Source: Vulcanimicrobiota bacterium
GTDB lineage: Bacteria; Vulcanimicrobiota; Vulcanimicrobiia; Vulcanimicrobiales; Vulcanimicrobiaceae
Assembly (NCBI GenBank): GCA_963733295.1
Contig: CAVTCS010000003.1
Location: 896,001-960,000 of the forward strand
Direction: 5' to 3'
DNA length: 64,000 bases
Every line of letters starts with the position of its first letter. Position 1 is the first letter of the stretch. Below, one piece after another: positions 9,402 through 17,202 of the stretch. A program made the position numbers and the translations under genes. Under the pieces are notes generated by a model. It saw nothing but the letters and a program-made list of their open reading frames with translations. It made no database searches and was not told where the DNA came from.

Positions 9402-10543
9402 CAGCAATTCGTCCCGTAGACGTACGGATGACCGACCGACTGAGCGCCGGCGCCGTAAGCAGGAGGAAATGGAATCGAGCCAACGCCGGTCGAACTGGAC
9501 GTGCCTGCGGTGACGATGAGGTCCCAGCTATAAATTCTTTGGATGGCAGCGTCGGCTTGGGCGCCGGTGACGCTGCCCTGGACCGCTCCGGCGGGCGCCG
9601 CCCCAAATCCAGTCGGGCCTCCGGCCGGGCCCCCACCAAACGGCGCCCAATTCGCGTAATCGCCATCGCCCATCGGGCTAATCGGAAGCCCGTTGTTAGC
9701 GACGGGAGTTTGCAATGCGCCGAGCGAGCTGTTGTTCGCAAAAAATGTAGCGAGGATCGAGAAGACTTGCTGATGACAGGCGACTTGCGCGAAGGCCAGC
9801 GGCAGCGGTTGCGGGTTGAGCGGGTTCGGAATTTCTCCGTTGGGACGTTCCCAGATCGAGTCGTCGAGGTGCTCGGCAACGCCCAGCGCGCGAATCTTCG
9901 CCGTTAACGCGCAGCCGGTCTGCGCTGTCGGCCACGGTTGCGCATCGGGACAGTTCTCGATGAAATTGAAGCCGACGAAATACGGCGGCGTGTTCTCCCC
10001 GTTCGTAAAATAATTCTCTTGGAAGTTCGCGGGGCCGGTCTGGCCGTAGCTGGCCGAATTCGCCACGTCGAAGTGGGCGCCGTTCTCGAGCCATTGAGGC
10101 TCGACCATCGAACCCTCGACGTTGAGCGGGACGCCGAGGAGCGACACGACGTTCGGCTTCGCGACCTTCATCCCCAATTGCGTCGGTTCCATCATCGAGG
10201 CGCCGCCGTGACGGTTATTGATCGAAGCGGCGGCCAGGATCGGATTGGGGTCGTTGTATCCGTAGTCGATGCCGACCGTGGGCACCGGTGCCGGCGCAGC
10301 GCTCGGCGTGAAATCGAGCGGCGCGAATTGCGGAAAGACGCCCGTCGTCGCTGTGATCGCGTTGGGGTCACCGAGCACCGTCTGATGGGCGCTCATGAAC
10401 GAGGCCGCGTCGGCGGTCATCTGGATGTACCCGACGACGCCCAACTGGACGCTGCCCAGGATCATGATGAGAATGACCCCCACGACGAGGGCCGTTTCCG
10501 CGAGTGCCGCACCACGTTGGGCTCGCGCCCGGAGAAATCGCAC
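9401..10543 (-). CDS. Large TadE-like pseudopilin (cassette 2)
   Basis: RGAALAETALVVG; DYGYND, NRHGGAS, EPQWLENGAHFDVAN and ALGVAEHLDDS blocks shared with 5017-6114. Confidence 0.8.
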   Translation of the reverse strand: MRFLRARAQRGAALAETALVVGVILIMILGSVQLGVVGYIQMTADAASFMSAHQTVLGDPNAITATTGVFPQFAPLDFTPSAAPAPVPTVGIDYGYNDPNPILAAASINNRHGGASMMEPTQLGMKVAKPNVVSLLGVPLNVEGSMVEPQWLENGAHFDVANSASYGQTGPANFQENYFTNGENTPPYFVGFNFIENCPDAQPWPTAQTGCALTAKIRALGVAEHLDDSIWERPNGEIPNPLNPQPLPLAFAQVACHQQVFSILATFFANNSSLGALQTPVANNGLPISPMGDGDYANWAPFGGGPAGGPTGFGAAPAGAVQGSVTGAQADAAIQRIYSWDLIVTAGTSSSTGVGSIPFPPAYGAGAQSVGHPYVYGTNC

Positions 10544-10557
10544 GAAAAGTTACCGCC

Positions 10558-10764
10558 TCAGATCGTGTCGGCGTTAACGGCTGCGTTGTTCAACGAGGAC
10601 TGCTGAGCGTTGAGCTGGTTGCTTGCAAGAGCTGAAATGAAAGCGAAGGCGCCCATCGCGAGAATCGAAAAAACGCTCAGGATAAGAGCGAATTCGGCTA
10701 GCTCCTGACCGCTCTCGTCGCTCAGGAATTCTCTCCAACCCGCAGCGATAAGGTCCTTGGTCAT
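10558..10764 (-). CDS. flp: Flp-family type IVb pilin (cassette 2)
   Basis: 68 aa; FLSDESGQELAEFALILSVFSI. Confidence 0.85.
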   Translation of the reverse strand: MTKDLIAAGWREFLSDESGQELAEFALILSVFSILAMGAFAFISALASNQLNAQQSSLNNAAVNADTI

Positions 10765-10833
10765 GCATTCTCCATGGTCGAGGCGTTAACTAAATCGGCG
10801 GGGCACTGAGCTGTAGCCCCACGCGCTTGTGCC

Positions 10834-10839
10834 ATTATA
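10834..10839 (-). promoter_or_regulatory. Consensus -10 box TATAAT upstream of flp cassette 2
   Basis: ATTATA on the plus strand in an AT-richer intergenic region about 70 nt upstream of the flp ATG. Confidence 0.5.
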
Positions 10840-11062
10840 ACGTGGAATAGTCGCTCAGGGTCACTTCCAGGCCGCTAAAGTCATCACATTTTTATGCTTG
10901 GAATCACTCAATGTGACTCGTTCCCCAGGCAAGCGAGGGCTAAACGTCCTAGTTTGGCCTGGGAGCTTTGTCTGGGACATTTGTAAAGATATTGTAAAAG
11001 GCGTCTGCCCGATCCACGAGAAGGACACGCTGCGGCAAAGTTGACCACCTAGGCTAGCACTC

Positions 11063-11404
11063 GTGGGAGCGCGGGGTTTCGGAGCGTTGCTGGCGGCGAG
11101 GCAAGCCAAGGTCCGGGCGTGCAAAGTGCAGTTTGCCGCCCTCAGGTCGGCGGCCCGCGCGAGCTTCGGTAGCCCGGTTCCGGCAGGCTCCGCGGCGGAG
11201 TTCAGCGCTGCCGAGGACTACCGGGCGAGGCGGGAACGAGCGATCGAGCAGGTTACGCTCGCCCTCGACCGGGCGCGGCGAGAGTGCGCCGGTCTCGAGG
11301 CGCTGGAACGCAGGCGCGCCACCGGGGCGCAGCTGCGCCGCAGGCGCAGTGAAGCGCGGGAGGCCGACGAACGCAATCGCATGCTCCAGAGCCTCCGGGC
11401 ATGA
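11063..11404 (+). CDS. FliJ-like flagellar export chaperone (short, divergent)
   Basis: Coiled-coil composition with the FliJ-like C-terminal pattern ARRE..GLE.LE.RR....E.RE.DE; ATGA-coupled to flbD. Confidence 0.5.
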   Translation: MGARGFGALLAARQAKVRACKVQFAALRSAARASFGSPVPAGSAAEFSAAEDYRARRERAIEQVTLALDRARRECAGLEALERRRATGAQLRRRRSEAREADERNRMLQSLRA

Positions 11405-11595
11405 TCGCGCTCCACCGCCCAAACGGTTTCCCGCTCCTGGTCAACCCCGACCTTATCGAAACGGCCGAGTCGTCTCCAGAAGGCGAAACGATCGTAACGC
11501 TCACCTCGGGCAACACGCTCGTCGTGCGGGACTCGCTCGAGGCGTTGCGTGCTGCCGTGATCGAGTTTCGGCGCAGTCTGGCGCCTCCGCCGTGA
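11401..11595 (+). CDS. flbD: Flagellar FlbD family protein
   Basis: MI.L.R.NG....VNPDLIETAE.....TIVTL.SG..LVV.DS......VIEFRR matches the FlbD pattern. Confidence 0.85.
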   Translation: MIALHRPNGFPLLVNPDLIETAESSPEGETIVTLTSGNTLVVRDSLEALRAAVIEFRRSLAPPP

Positions 11596-11629
11596 GGGCC
11601 CTTCCTTAGATACGGGAACCAGCCTCGCC

Positions 11630-11902
11630 GTGCGAACCGTCGTCGCCCTGATGGTGGTCGGCGGCCTGCTCCTCGGCCTGCGCTATCTCGCTGCCGCGCT
11701 CGGCGCGCGCCGGCCGGGCCTCAGCGGGGGGCGGTTGCTCGCGGTGCTCGAGAGCGCGATGTTGCCCGGCGGCTGCTCGTTGCACGTCGTCAGCGTCGCG
11801 GACCGCTACCTCGTGATCGGACGAGCCGCCTCGCAGCTCACGCTGCTGTGCGAACTCTCTGCCGCTCAAATGAGCAAGCTTGCGCATTCTGATCGCGGAT
11901 GA
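11630..11902 (+). CDS. fliO: Flagellar biosynthesis protein FliO-like
   Basis: N-terminal TM then L.VLES..L....SLHVV.V.DRYLVIG.....LTLL.EL; start may lie at 11606. Confidence 0.7.
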   Translation: MRTVVALMVVGGLLLGLRYLAAALGARRPGLSGGRLLAVLESAMLPGGCSLHVVSVADRYLVIGRAASQLTLLCELSAAQMSKLAHSDRG

Positions 11903-12242
11903 CGCCGCGGTCGAGCGCGCGATCCTGCGCAGGCTCGCGCTTCGAGAGGGTCACGAGATCGCCGGCGAGGCCTCAGAGTTGAGCGAGCTGCTCGAAATGA
12001 CCGGCCGGCTTTTGCCGGACGTCGTCGTACTCGACGGACGCTTGCCGCCGGCCGGCGGACTGCACGCGTTAAGCGCGCTACGCGCGCTGCCGGAATCGCC
12101 GGCGGTCGTCGTCGTCGCCGCTCTCGGCGAGCGCGCGTTCTTGCAAACCGCGGTCCGCAGCGGAGCGCAGGGCGGCGTGATGCGTCCTCTCGCTGCAGTC
12201 GAGTTCGTGGAAACGCTGCGGCGGCTCGCAAGAAGGTCTTAG
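11880..12242 (+). CDS. Single-domain CheY-like response regulator (atypical)
   Basis: RILIADD, PDVVVLD..LP; conserved Thr/Ser replaced by Ala and KP by RP. Confidence 0.8.
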   Translation: MRILIADDAAVERAILRRLALREGHEIAGEASELSELLEMTGRLLPDVVVLDGRLPPAGGLHALSALRALPESPAVVVVAALGERAFLQTAVRSGAQGGVMRPLAAVEFVETLRRLARRS

Positions 12243-12264
12243 CCCCTTCGCGAACCCTCCGCGC

Positions 12265-12543
12265 ATGGCAGAAGCGCCCGAACTCGAGAGGCACGAGACC
12301 TTTACCAGCAACGGAGCCGCGGCGGAGAAACCGGCCGACGTTGAAGCGCCGCAGCAAGGCGGCGGCCTCCTTCGGGCGTTCCTCGTCCTGGGCGTCGCGC
12401 TTGCGACCGCGGCGCTCGTCTTCGCCGTCGTGCGCGCAACGTTGCGGCGCGCGCCCGCCGATCCGACCACGGAGCGAATTCAAGGGCTGATCGACGAAGC
12501 GAATCGGCTCCTCAAACAACTCGATGATAAAAGCGCCGGATAG
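12265..12543 (+). CDS. Small single-TM hypothetical protein
   Basis: 92 aa; one hydrophobic helix then an amphipathic helix IQGLIDEANRLLKQLD; overlaps the rlmD start. Confidence 0.6.
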   Translation: MAEAPELERHETFTSNGAAAEKPADVEAPQQGGGLLRAFLVLGVALATAALVFAVVRATLRRAPADPTTERIQGLIDEANRLLKQLDDKSAG

Positions 12544-13921
12544 AATTCCGGTTGCAAGTCCGCCCGCGCTGCGTGTGGGCGAAGTCGTCGAGATCGTTTG
12601 CACCGATTTAATCGCGAAAACCGGGCAAGCCGTGGGGCGTGCCGGCGGCATGGTCGTGTACGTCCTCGGACCGGTTCCGGGCGAGCGCGCTCGCGTTCGC
12701 ATCGAGGTCGTCAAGGCGAAGTACGCGGTCGCGGAGCTGGTACAGTTGCTGGAGCGCTCGCCCGACCGCGTCGAGCCGTTCTGCAGCGTGTTCGGCGCGT
12801 GCGGCGGATGTCAAGTCCAGCATTTCGCTTATCCGGCGCAACTTCGCTGGAAGCGCGATCTCGTCGAAAACGCGCTGCGCCGGATCGGCGGCATCGCGAA
12901 CGCCCCGGTCGCGGAGACGATCGGGATGGACGAGCCGCGCGCCTACCGCAACAAAATGGCGCTCGTTGTCGAACATCGCGAGCACGCCGCTTTCGGGTTC
13001 TACGCGGCTCGTACGCACGACGTCGTGCCGATTCGAACGTGTCCGATCGTCGTGCCCGCGCTCGACCGGATCGTCGGCGAGCTCTGGGCTGCCGCCGCTT
13101 CGCCCGACGTCGCGCCCGCTTTTGCGGGCGCGCGCCACGTCGTGGCGCGAGCCGGGCAGGCGACGGGGAACAGCGTCCTTTCGCTGACCACCGAACGGCG
13201 TTCGCGCGAGTTGGGCACGCACGCGCAAGCGCTCGCGGCGCGCCTCAGCGACGTCGTCGGCATCAGCAACTCGTTCGAGCCGCCCAGCGAAAACGCGGTG
13301 ATGGGCCGTAAGAACGTGACGGTCGCCGGCGAGTCGGAACTCGAAGAGGAAATCGACGGCCTGCGTTTCCGCGTGTCGCCGGCCTCGTTTTTCCAAGTCA
13401 ACAGCCGCATGGTTGCGGAGATCTTCGCGTTTCTGGCGCCGCGCGCCGGCGGTCTGAAGTCGGTCGTCGACCTCTATTGCGGCGCGGGCACGTTCGCGCT
13501 GTTTTTCGCAAAACACGGCGCTCACGTGGTCGGAATCGAGGAGAATGCGCACGCCGTGCGCGAAGCGCGCGCCAACGCAAAGCTCGACGCCGTGGCCGAG
13601 CGCACGTTCTTCTTTTCGGCGCGCGTCGAGACGCTGTTGCGGAGCGAGGCCGGAGCCCGGGCGCTCGCGGCCGCTGAGGTCGTCTTCCTCGATCCGCCGC
13701 GCAAGGGCAGCGACGAGGCGACGCTGTGCGCGCTCGGCGCCGCACGCGTGCCGCGCATCTGGTATCTCTCGTGCAATCCCGCGACCCTGGCGCGCGACCT
13801 GGCGCAACTCGTCGCGAGCGGCTACGAACTCGAACTGGTGCAGCCCTTCGACATGTTTCCGCAGACGGGACATATCGAAGCGCTCGCGATGCTGCGTCTC
13901 GCGGACCTCCGGCGTGTCTGA
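12524..13921 (+). CDS. rlmD: 23S rRNA m5U methyltransferase (RlmD/TrmA family)
   Basis: TRAM domain, CSVFGACGGC Fe-S motif, FFQVN, DLYCGAG, DPPRKG, SCNPATLARD, DMFPQT.H.E. Confidence 0.93.
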   Translation: MIKAPDRIPVASPPALRVGEVVEIVCTDLIAKTGQAVGRAGGMVVYVLGPVPGERARVRIEVVKAKYAVAELVQLLERSPDRVEPFCSVFGACGGCQVQHFAYPAQLRWKRDLVENALRRIGGIANAPVAETIGMDEPRAYRNKMALVVEHREHAAFGFYAARTHDVVPIRTCPIVVPALDRIVGELWAAAASPDVAPAFAGARHVVARAGQATGNSVLSLTTERRSRELGTHAQALAARLSDVVGISNSFEPPSENAVMGRKNVTVAGESELEEEIDGLRFRVSPASFFQVNSRMVAEIFAFLAPRAGGLKSVVDLYCGAGTFALFFAKHGAHVVGIEENAHAVREARANAKLDAVAERTFFFSARVETLLRSEAGARALAAAEVVFLDPPRKGSDEATLCALGAARVPRIWYLSCNPATLARDLAQLVASGYELELVQPFDMFPQTGHIEALAMLRLADLRRV

Positions 13922-14207
13922 ATCGCAGCTGGATGTCGCCTACGTCGCCAGGCTGGCGCGGATCGCCCTGAGCCCCGCCGAGATCGAGCGTTTCGGCGCG
14001 CAGCTCGGGGCGCTGCTCGACCACGTAAAGGCGCTCGAAGCGCTCGGCGTCGACGGCGTCGCCGCCACGGCGCAGGTGATTCCGTCGAGCAACGTCGCGC
14101 GCGACGACCTTCCGGTCCCCTCGCTGCCGCGCGAGGCGGTGTTGGCGCAGGCGCCGCAAGTCGAGGGCAACTACTTCCGCGTTCCACGCATCGTCGCGGA
14201 GGCATAG
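13914..14207 (+). CDS. gatC: Asp/Glu-tRNA amidotransferase subunit C
   Basis: GTG at 13914; DVAYVARLARIAL...REAVLAQAP....YFRVPRI. Confidence 0.93.
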   Translation: MSESQLDVAYVARLARIALSPAEIERFGAQLGALLDHVKALEALGVDGVAATAQVIPSSNVARDDLPVPSLPREAVLAQAPQVEGNYFRVPRIVAEA

Positions 14208-14208
14208 T

Positions 14209-15696
14209 ATCTTCGACATCGATTCCGGCGCTCGCACGATCGCGCGGGCGGTCAACGCAGGTGACGTTTCCGCGCTCGAAATCGCCGAGGCGGCTCTCGC
14301 GCGCGTCGAGGAACGCGACCCGGCAACCGGTGCGTTCTTGCATGTCGCCGGAGAGCTGGCGCGCGAGCACGCCCGGGCCGTCGACGCGCGCACTGCGCGC
14401 GGTGAGAAGCTGCCGCTCGCAGGCGTCCCGCTCGCCCTCAAGGACAACATGTGTTTGGCCGGCACGCCGACGACGGCCGCCTCGAAGATCCTCGACGGTT
14501 GGGTGGCGCCGTACACGGCGACCGCGGTGCGGCGCTTGCTCGATGCGGGCGCCGTCCCAATCGGTAAGACGAATCTCGACGAGTTCGCGATGGGTTCGTC
14601 GTGCGAGAACAGCGCGCTCGGGGTGACGCACAATCCTTGGGATCTCGAACGAGTACCGGGCGGCTCGTCCGGCGGAAGCGTTGCGGCGGTCGCCGCCGGC
14701 GAAGCGACGCTCGCGCTCGGCAGCGATACCGGCGGATCGATCCGCGAGCCGGCAGCCTTCTGCGGCGTGGTCGGATTCAAGCCGACCTACGGACGGATCT
14801 CGCGCTACGGCCTGATCGCTTTCGCCTCGAGCCTGGATCAGATCGGTCCGATCGCCCGCAACGTCGCCGACGCGGCGCTGACCTACGACGTGATGGCCGG
14901 ACGGGACGTGTGCGACGCGACCACGCTCGAACTTCCGGTCGAGCCCACCGCCTCGGCGTTGCGCGAAGACTTGCGCGGCGTGCGCGTCGGCATCGTTCGC
15001 GAATTCCCCTTGAGCGCTCTCGAGCCCGAAGTACGCGCGGTGTACGAGCGCGCCTATGCCGATCTCGAACGGCTCGGTGCCACGCTGCTCGACGTGACGC
15101 TTCCCAGCGCCGATTACGGGGTAGCCACGTACTACCTGATCGCGCCGGCCGAGTGCTCTTCGAATTTGGCGCGCTTCGACGGAATGCGTTACGGCTTGCG
15201 CGTCGAGCGCCCGAGCGTCGATGCGACCTACGAGGCAACGCGTGCGGCGGGATTCGGCGACGAAGTGAAGCGCCGCATCCTGATCGGAACGCACGCGCTC
15301 TCGAGCGGCTACTACGACGCGTACTACGTCCGCGCGCAAAAGGCGCGAACCATGATCGCCGCCGACTTCGCGCGCGCTTTCGAGAAGTGCGATCTCATCG
15401 CTTGTCCGGCCGCCGCCTCGCCGGCCTTCCGCTTCAACGCGAAGTCCGATCCGGTTAGCATGTACTTGATGGACTACTACACGATCCCGATGTCGCTGGC
15501 CGGTTTGCCGTCGCTGTCGGTTCCGTGCGGCTGGGTCACTCCGCCGGACGGCAAGCTGCCGCTGCCGCTCGGGCTCGAGCTGAGCGCGCCGCTGTTCGCG
15601 GAGCGCGCGCTGCTCGGAGCGGCGCACGCGTACGAGCTTGGAACGCGCCATGCAGTCGCGCACGCGCTTCCGCCGCTCGCGAGGGCCGGCGTATGA
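14209..15696 (+). CDS. gatA: Asp/Glu-tRNA amidotransferase subunit A (start codon uncertain)
   Basis: Amidase signature GKTNLDEFAMGSS, PGGSSGGS, LGSDTGGSIR; the homologous N-terminus extends upstream of the first TTG (14338) to an ATC at 14209. Confidence 0.95.
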   Translation: MFDIDSGARTIARAVNAGDVSALEIAEAALARVEERDPATGAFLHVAGELAREHARAVDARTARGEKLPLAGVPLALKDNMCLAGTPTTAASKILDGWVAPYTATAVRRLLDAGAVPIGKTNLDEFAMGSSCENSALGVTHNPWDLERVPGGSSGGSVAAVAAGEATLALGSDTGGSIREPAAFCGVVGFKPTYGRISRYGLIAFASSLDQIGPIARNVADAALTYDVMAGRDVCDATTLELPVEPTASALREDLRGVRVGIVREFPLSALEPEVRAVYERAYADLERLGATLLDVTLPSADYGVATYYLIAPAECSSNLARFDGMRYGLRVERPSVDATYEATRAAGFGDEVKRRILIGTHALSSGYYDAYYVRAQKARTMIAADFARAFEKCDLIACPAAASPAFRFNAKSDPVSMYLMDYYTIPMSLAGLPSLSVPCGWVTPPDGKLPLPLGLELSAPLFAERALLGAAHAYELGTRHAVAHALPPLARAGV

Positions 15697-17201
15697 GCCT
15701 GACGGTGGAAGAGGCCCGCGGCCTGCGCGTCGGCGAGGTCGCCTACGAAGCGGTGATCGGGATCGAGTGTCACGTCGAACTCAAGACCGTCACGAAGATG
15801 TTCTGCGGCTGCCTCAACGAGTTCGGCGCCGAACCCAACACCTTGATCTGCCCGGTTTGCCTAGGAATGCCGGGCGCGTTGCCGGTTCCGAATCGGCTCG
15901 CGATCGAGTTGCTCGTGAAGGCCGGTCTGGCATTCGGTTCCGAAATTCCGGCTTTCTCAAAGTTCGATCGTAAGAATTATTTCTATCCGGACATGCCCAA
16001 GAATTACCAGATCTCTCAGTACGACGTTCCGCTCACGCTGGGCGGATCCGTCGCGTACTGGATGCCGGATGGAACGCGGCGCACGTGCCGGCTCACGCGC
16101 ATCCACTTAGAAGAAGACACCGGCAAATCGCTGCACGCCGGTTCCGGCGACGGGCGCATCGCCGGAAGCACGCATTCGCTCGTCGATTTCAACCGGGCCG
16201 GCGTTCCGCTGATGGAGTGCGTTTCGGAGCCCGATATCCAGAGCGCAGCCGAGGCGGTCGCCTACCTCGACGCGCTCAAGCGGACCTTCGTCGCGCTCGG
16301 CGTCAGCGACGTGAAGATGGAGGAGGGCTCGCTGCGCTGCGATGCCAACGTTTCGATCCGTCCGGCCGGCGCGACGGCGCTCGGTACGAAGACCGAGATC
16401 AAGAACATGAACTCGTTCCGCAGCGTCTTTCGCGCGATCGAAAGCGAACTGGCACGGCAAGTCGAGGTTCTCGCGAGCGGCGGCCGCATCGTCCAGGAGA
16501 CGCGCGGCTGGGACGAGACGAGCGGCGTCACGATTTCGCAGCGCAGCAAAGAGCAGGCTCACGACTACCGGTACTTTCCGGATCCCGATCTGACGCCGGT
16601 CGAGTTCGCACCGGAGGACGTGACGCGGCTGCGCGCGGAACTCGGCGAACTCCCGCAAGCGCGGCTCGAGCGTTACATCGAGGGCGACAAGCTCCCGGTT
16701 GCGACGGCGCATCAGATCGTCGACACGCCCGGTATCGGCGCTTTCTACGACGCCGCGGTGCGCGCGAGCGGCGCGCCGCAAGCCAGCGCCAACTTCATCT
16801 TAGGTGAGCTGAGCCGGCTTGCCAACGAAACCGGAACGCCGATCGGCGCCTCGCAAGCCAAACCCGAAGCGCTGGCCGAGGTCGTGCGGCTGAGCGAAGC
16901 GGGGAAGATCAACTCGAAAGTCGCGAAAGATCTGCTCGCGCGCGTTTGGAGCGAGGGTGGATCCCCTGCGGCGATCGTGGAGCGCGAAGGTCTAGCTCAG
17001 GTCAGCGACCTGCCCGCGATCGACGCGTTGATCGCGGCCGTCGCCGCAGAGAACGAGAAAACCGTCGCGGACTACCGCGCCGGAAAAGTCAAAGTCATGG
17101 GGTTTCTCGTCGGCCAAGTGATGAAGCGCAGTCAAGGCAAGGCCAATCCAGCGCTCGCCGAGGAGCGCTTGCGCGCCTACTTGGACGGCAGCGGCTCGTA
17201 G
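15693..17201 (+). CDS. gatB: Asp/Glu-tRNA amidotransferase subunit B
   Basis: VIGIECHVEL, FDRKNYFYPD.PK.YQISQ, HLEEDTGK, DYRYFPDPDL; ATGA overlap with gatA. Confidence 0.97.
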   Translation: MSLTVEEARGLRVGEVAYEAVIGIECHVELKTVTKMFCGCLNEFGAEPNTLICPVCLGMPGALPVPNRLAIELLVKAGLAFGSEIPAFSKFDRKNYFYPDMPKNYQISQYDVPLTLGGSVAYWMPDGTRRTCRLTRIHLEEDTGKSLHAGSGDGRIAGSTHSLVDFNRAGVPLMECVSEPDIQSAAEAVAYLDALKRTFVALGVSDVKMEEGSLRCDANVSIRPAGATALGTKTEIKNMNSFRSVFRAIESELARQVEVLASGGRIVQETRGWDETSGVTISQRSKEQAHDYRYFPDPDLTPVEFAPEDVTRLRAELGELPQARLERYIEGDKLPVATAHQIVDTPGIGAFYDAAVRASGAPQASANFILGELSRLANETGTPIGASQAKPEALAEVVRLSEAGKINSKVAKDLLARVWSEGGSPAAIVEREGLAQVSDLPAIDALIAAVAAENEKTVADYRAGKVKVMGFLVGQVMKRSQGKANPALAEERLRAYLDGSGS

Positions 17202-17202
17202 C

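Noticed and set aside
2120..10764. Cassette duplication as an assembly artefact or a recombinational antigenic-variation locus
   Set aside because: The copies differ at many synonymous and non-synonymous sites; I saw no long identical DNA tracts, inverted repeats or recombinase gene.
13822..15663. Long antisense ORFs (e.g. 613 aa here, 27214-29037, 36741-38408, 55989-57539)
   Set aside because: Expected shadow ORFs opposite well-conserved genes in high-GC DNA; Arg/Ala-rich with no recognisable motifs.
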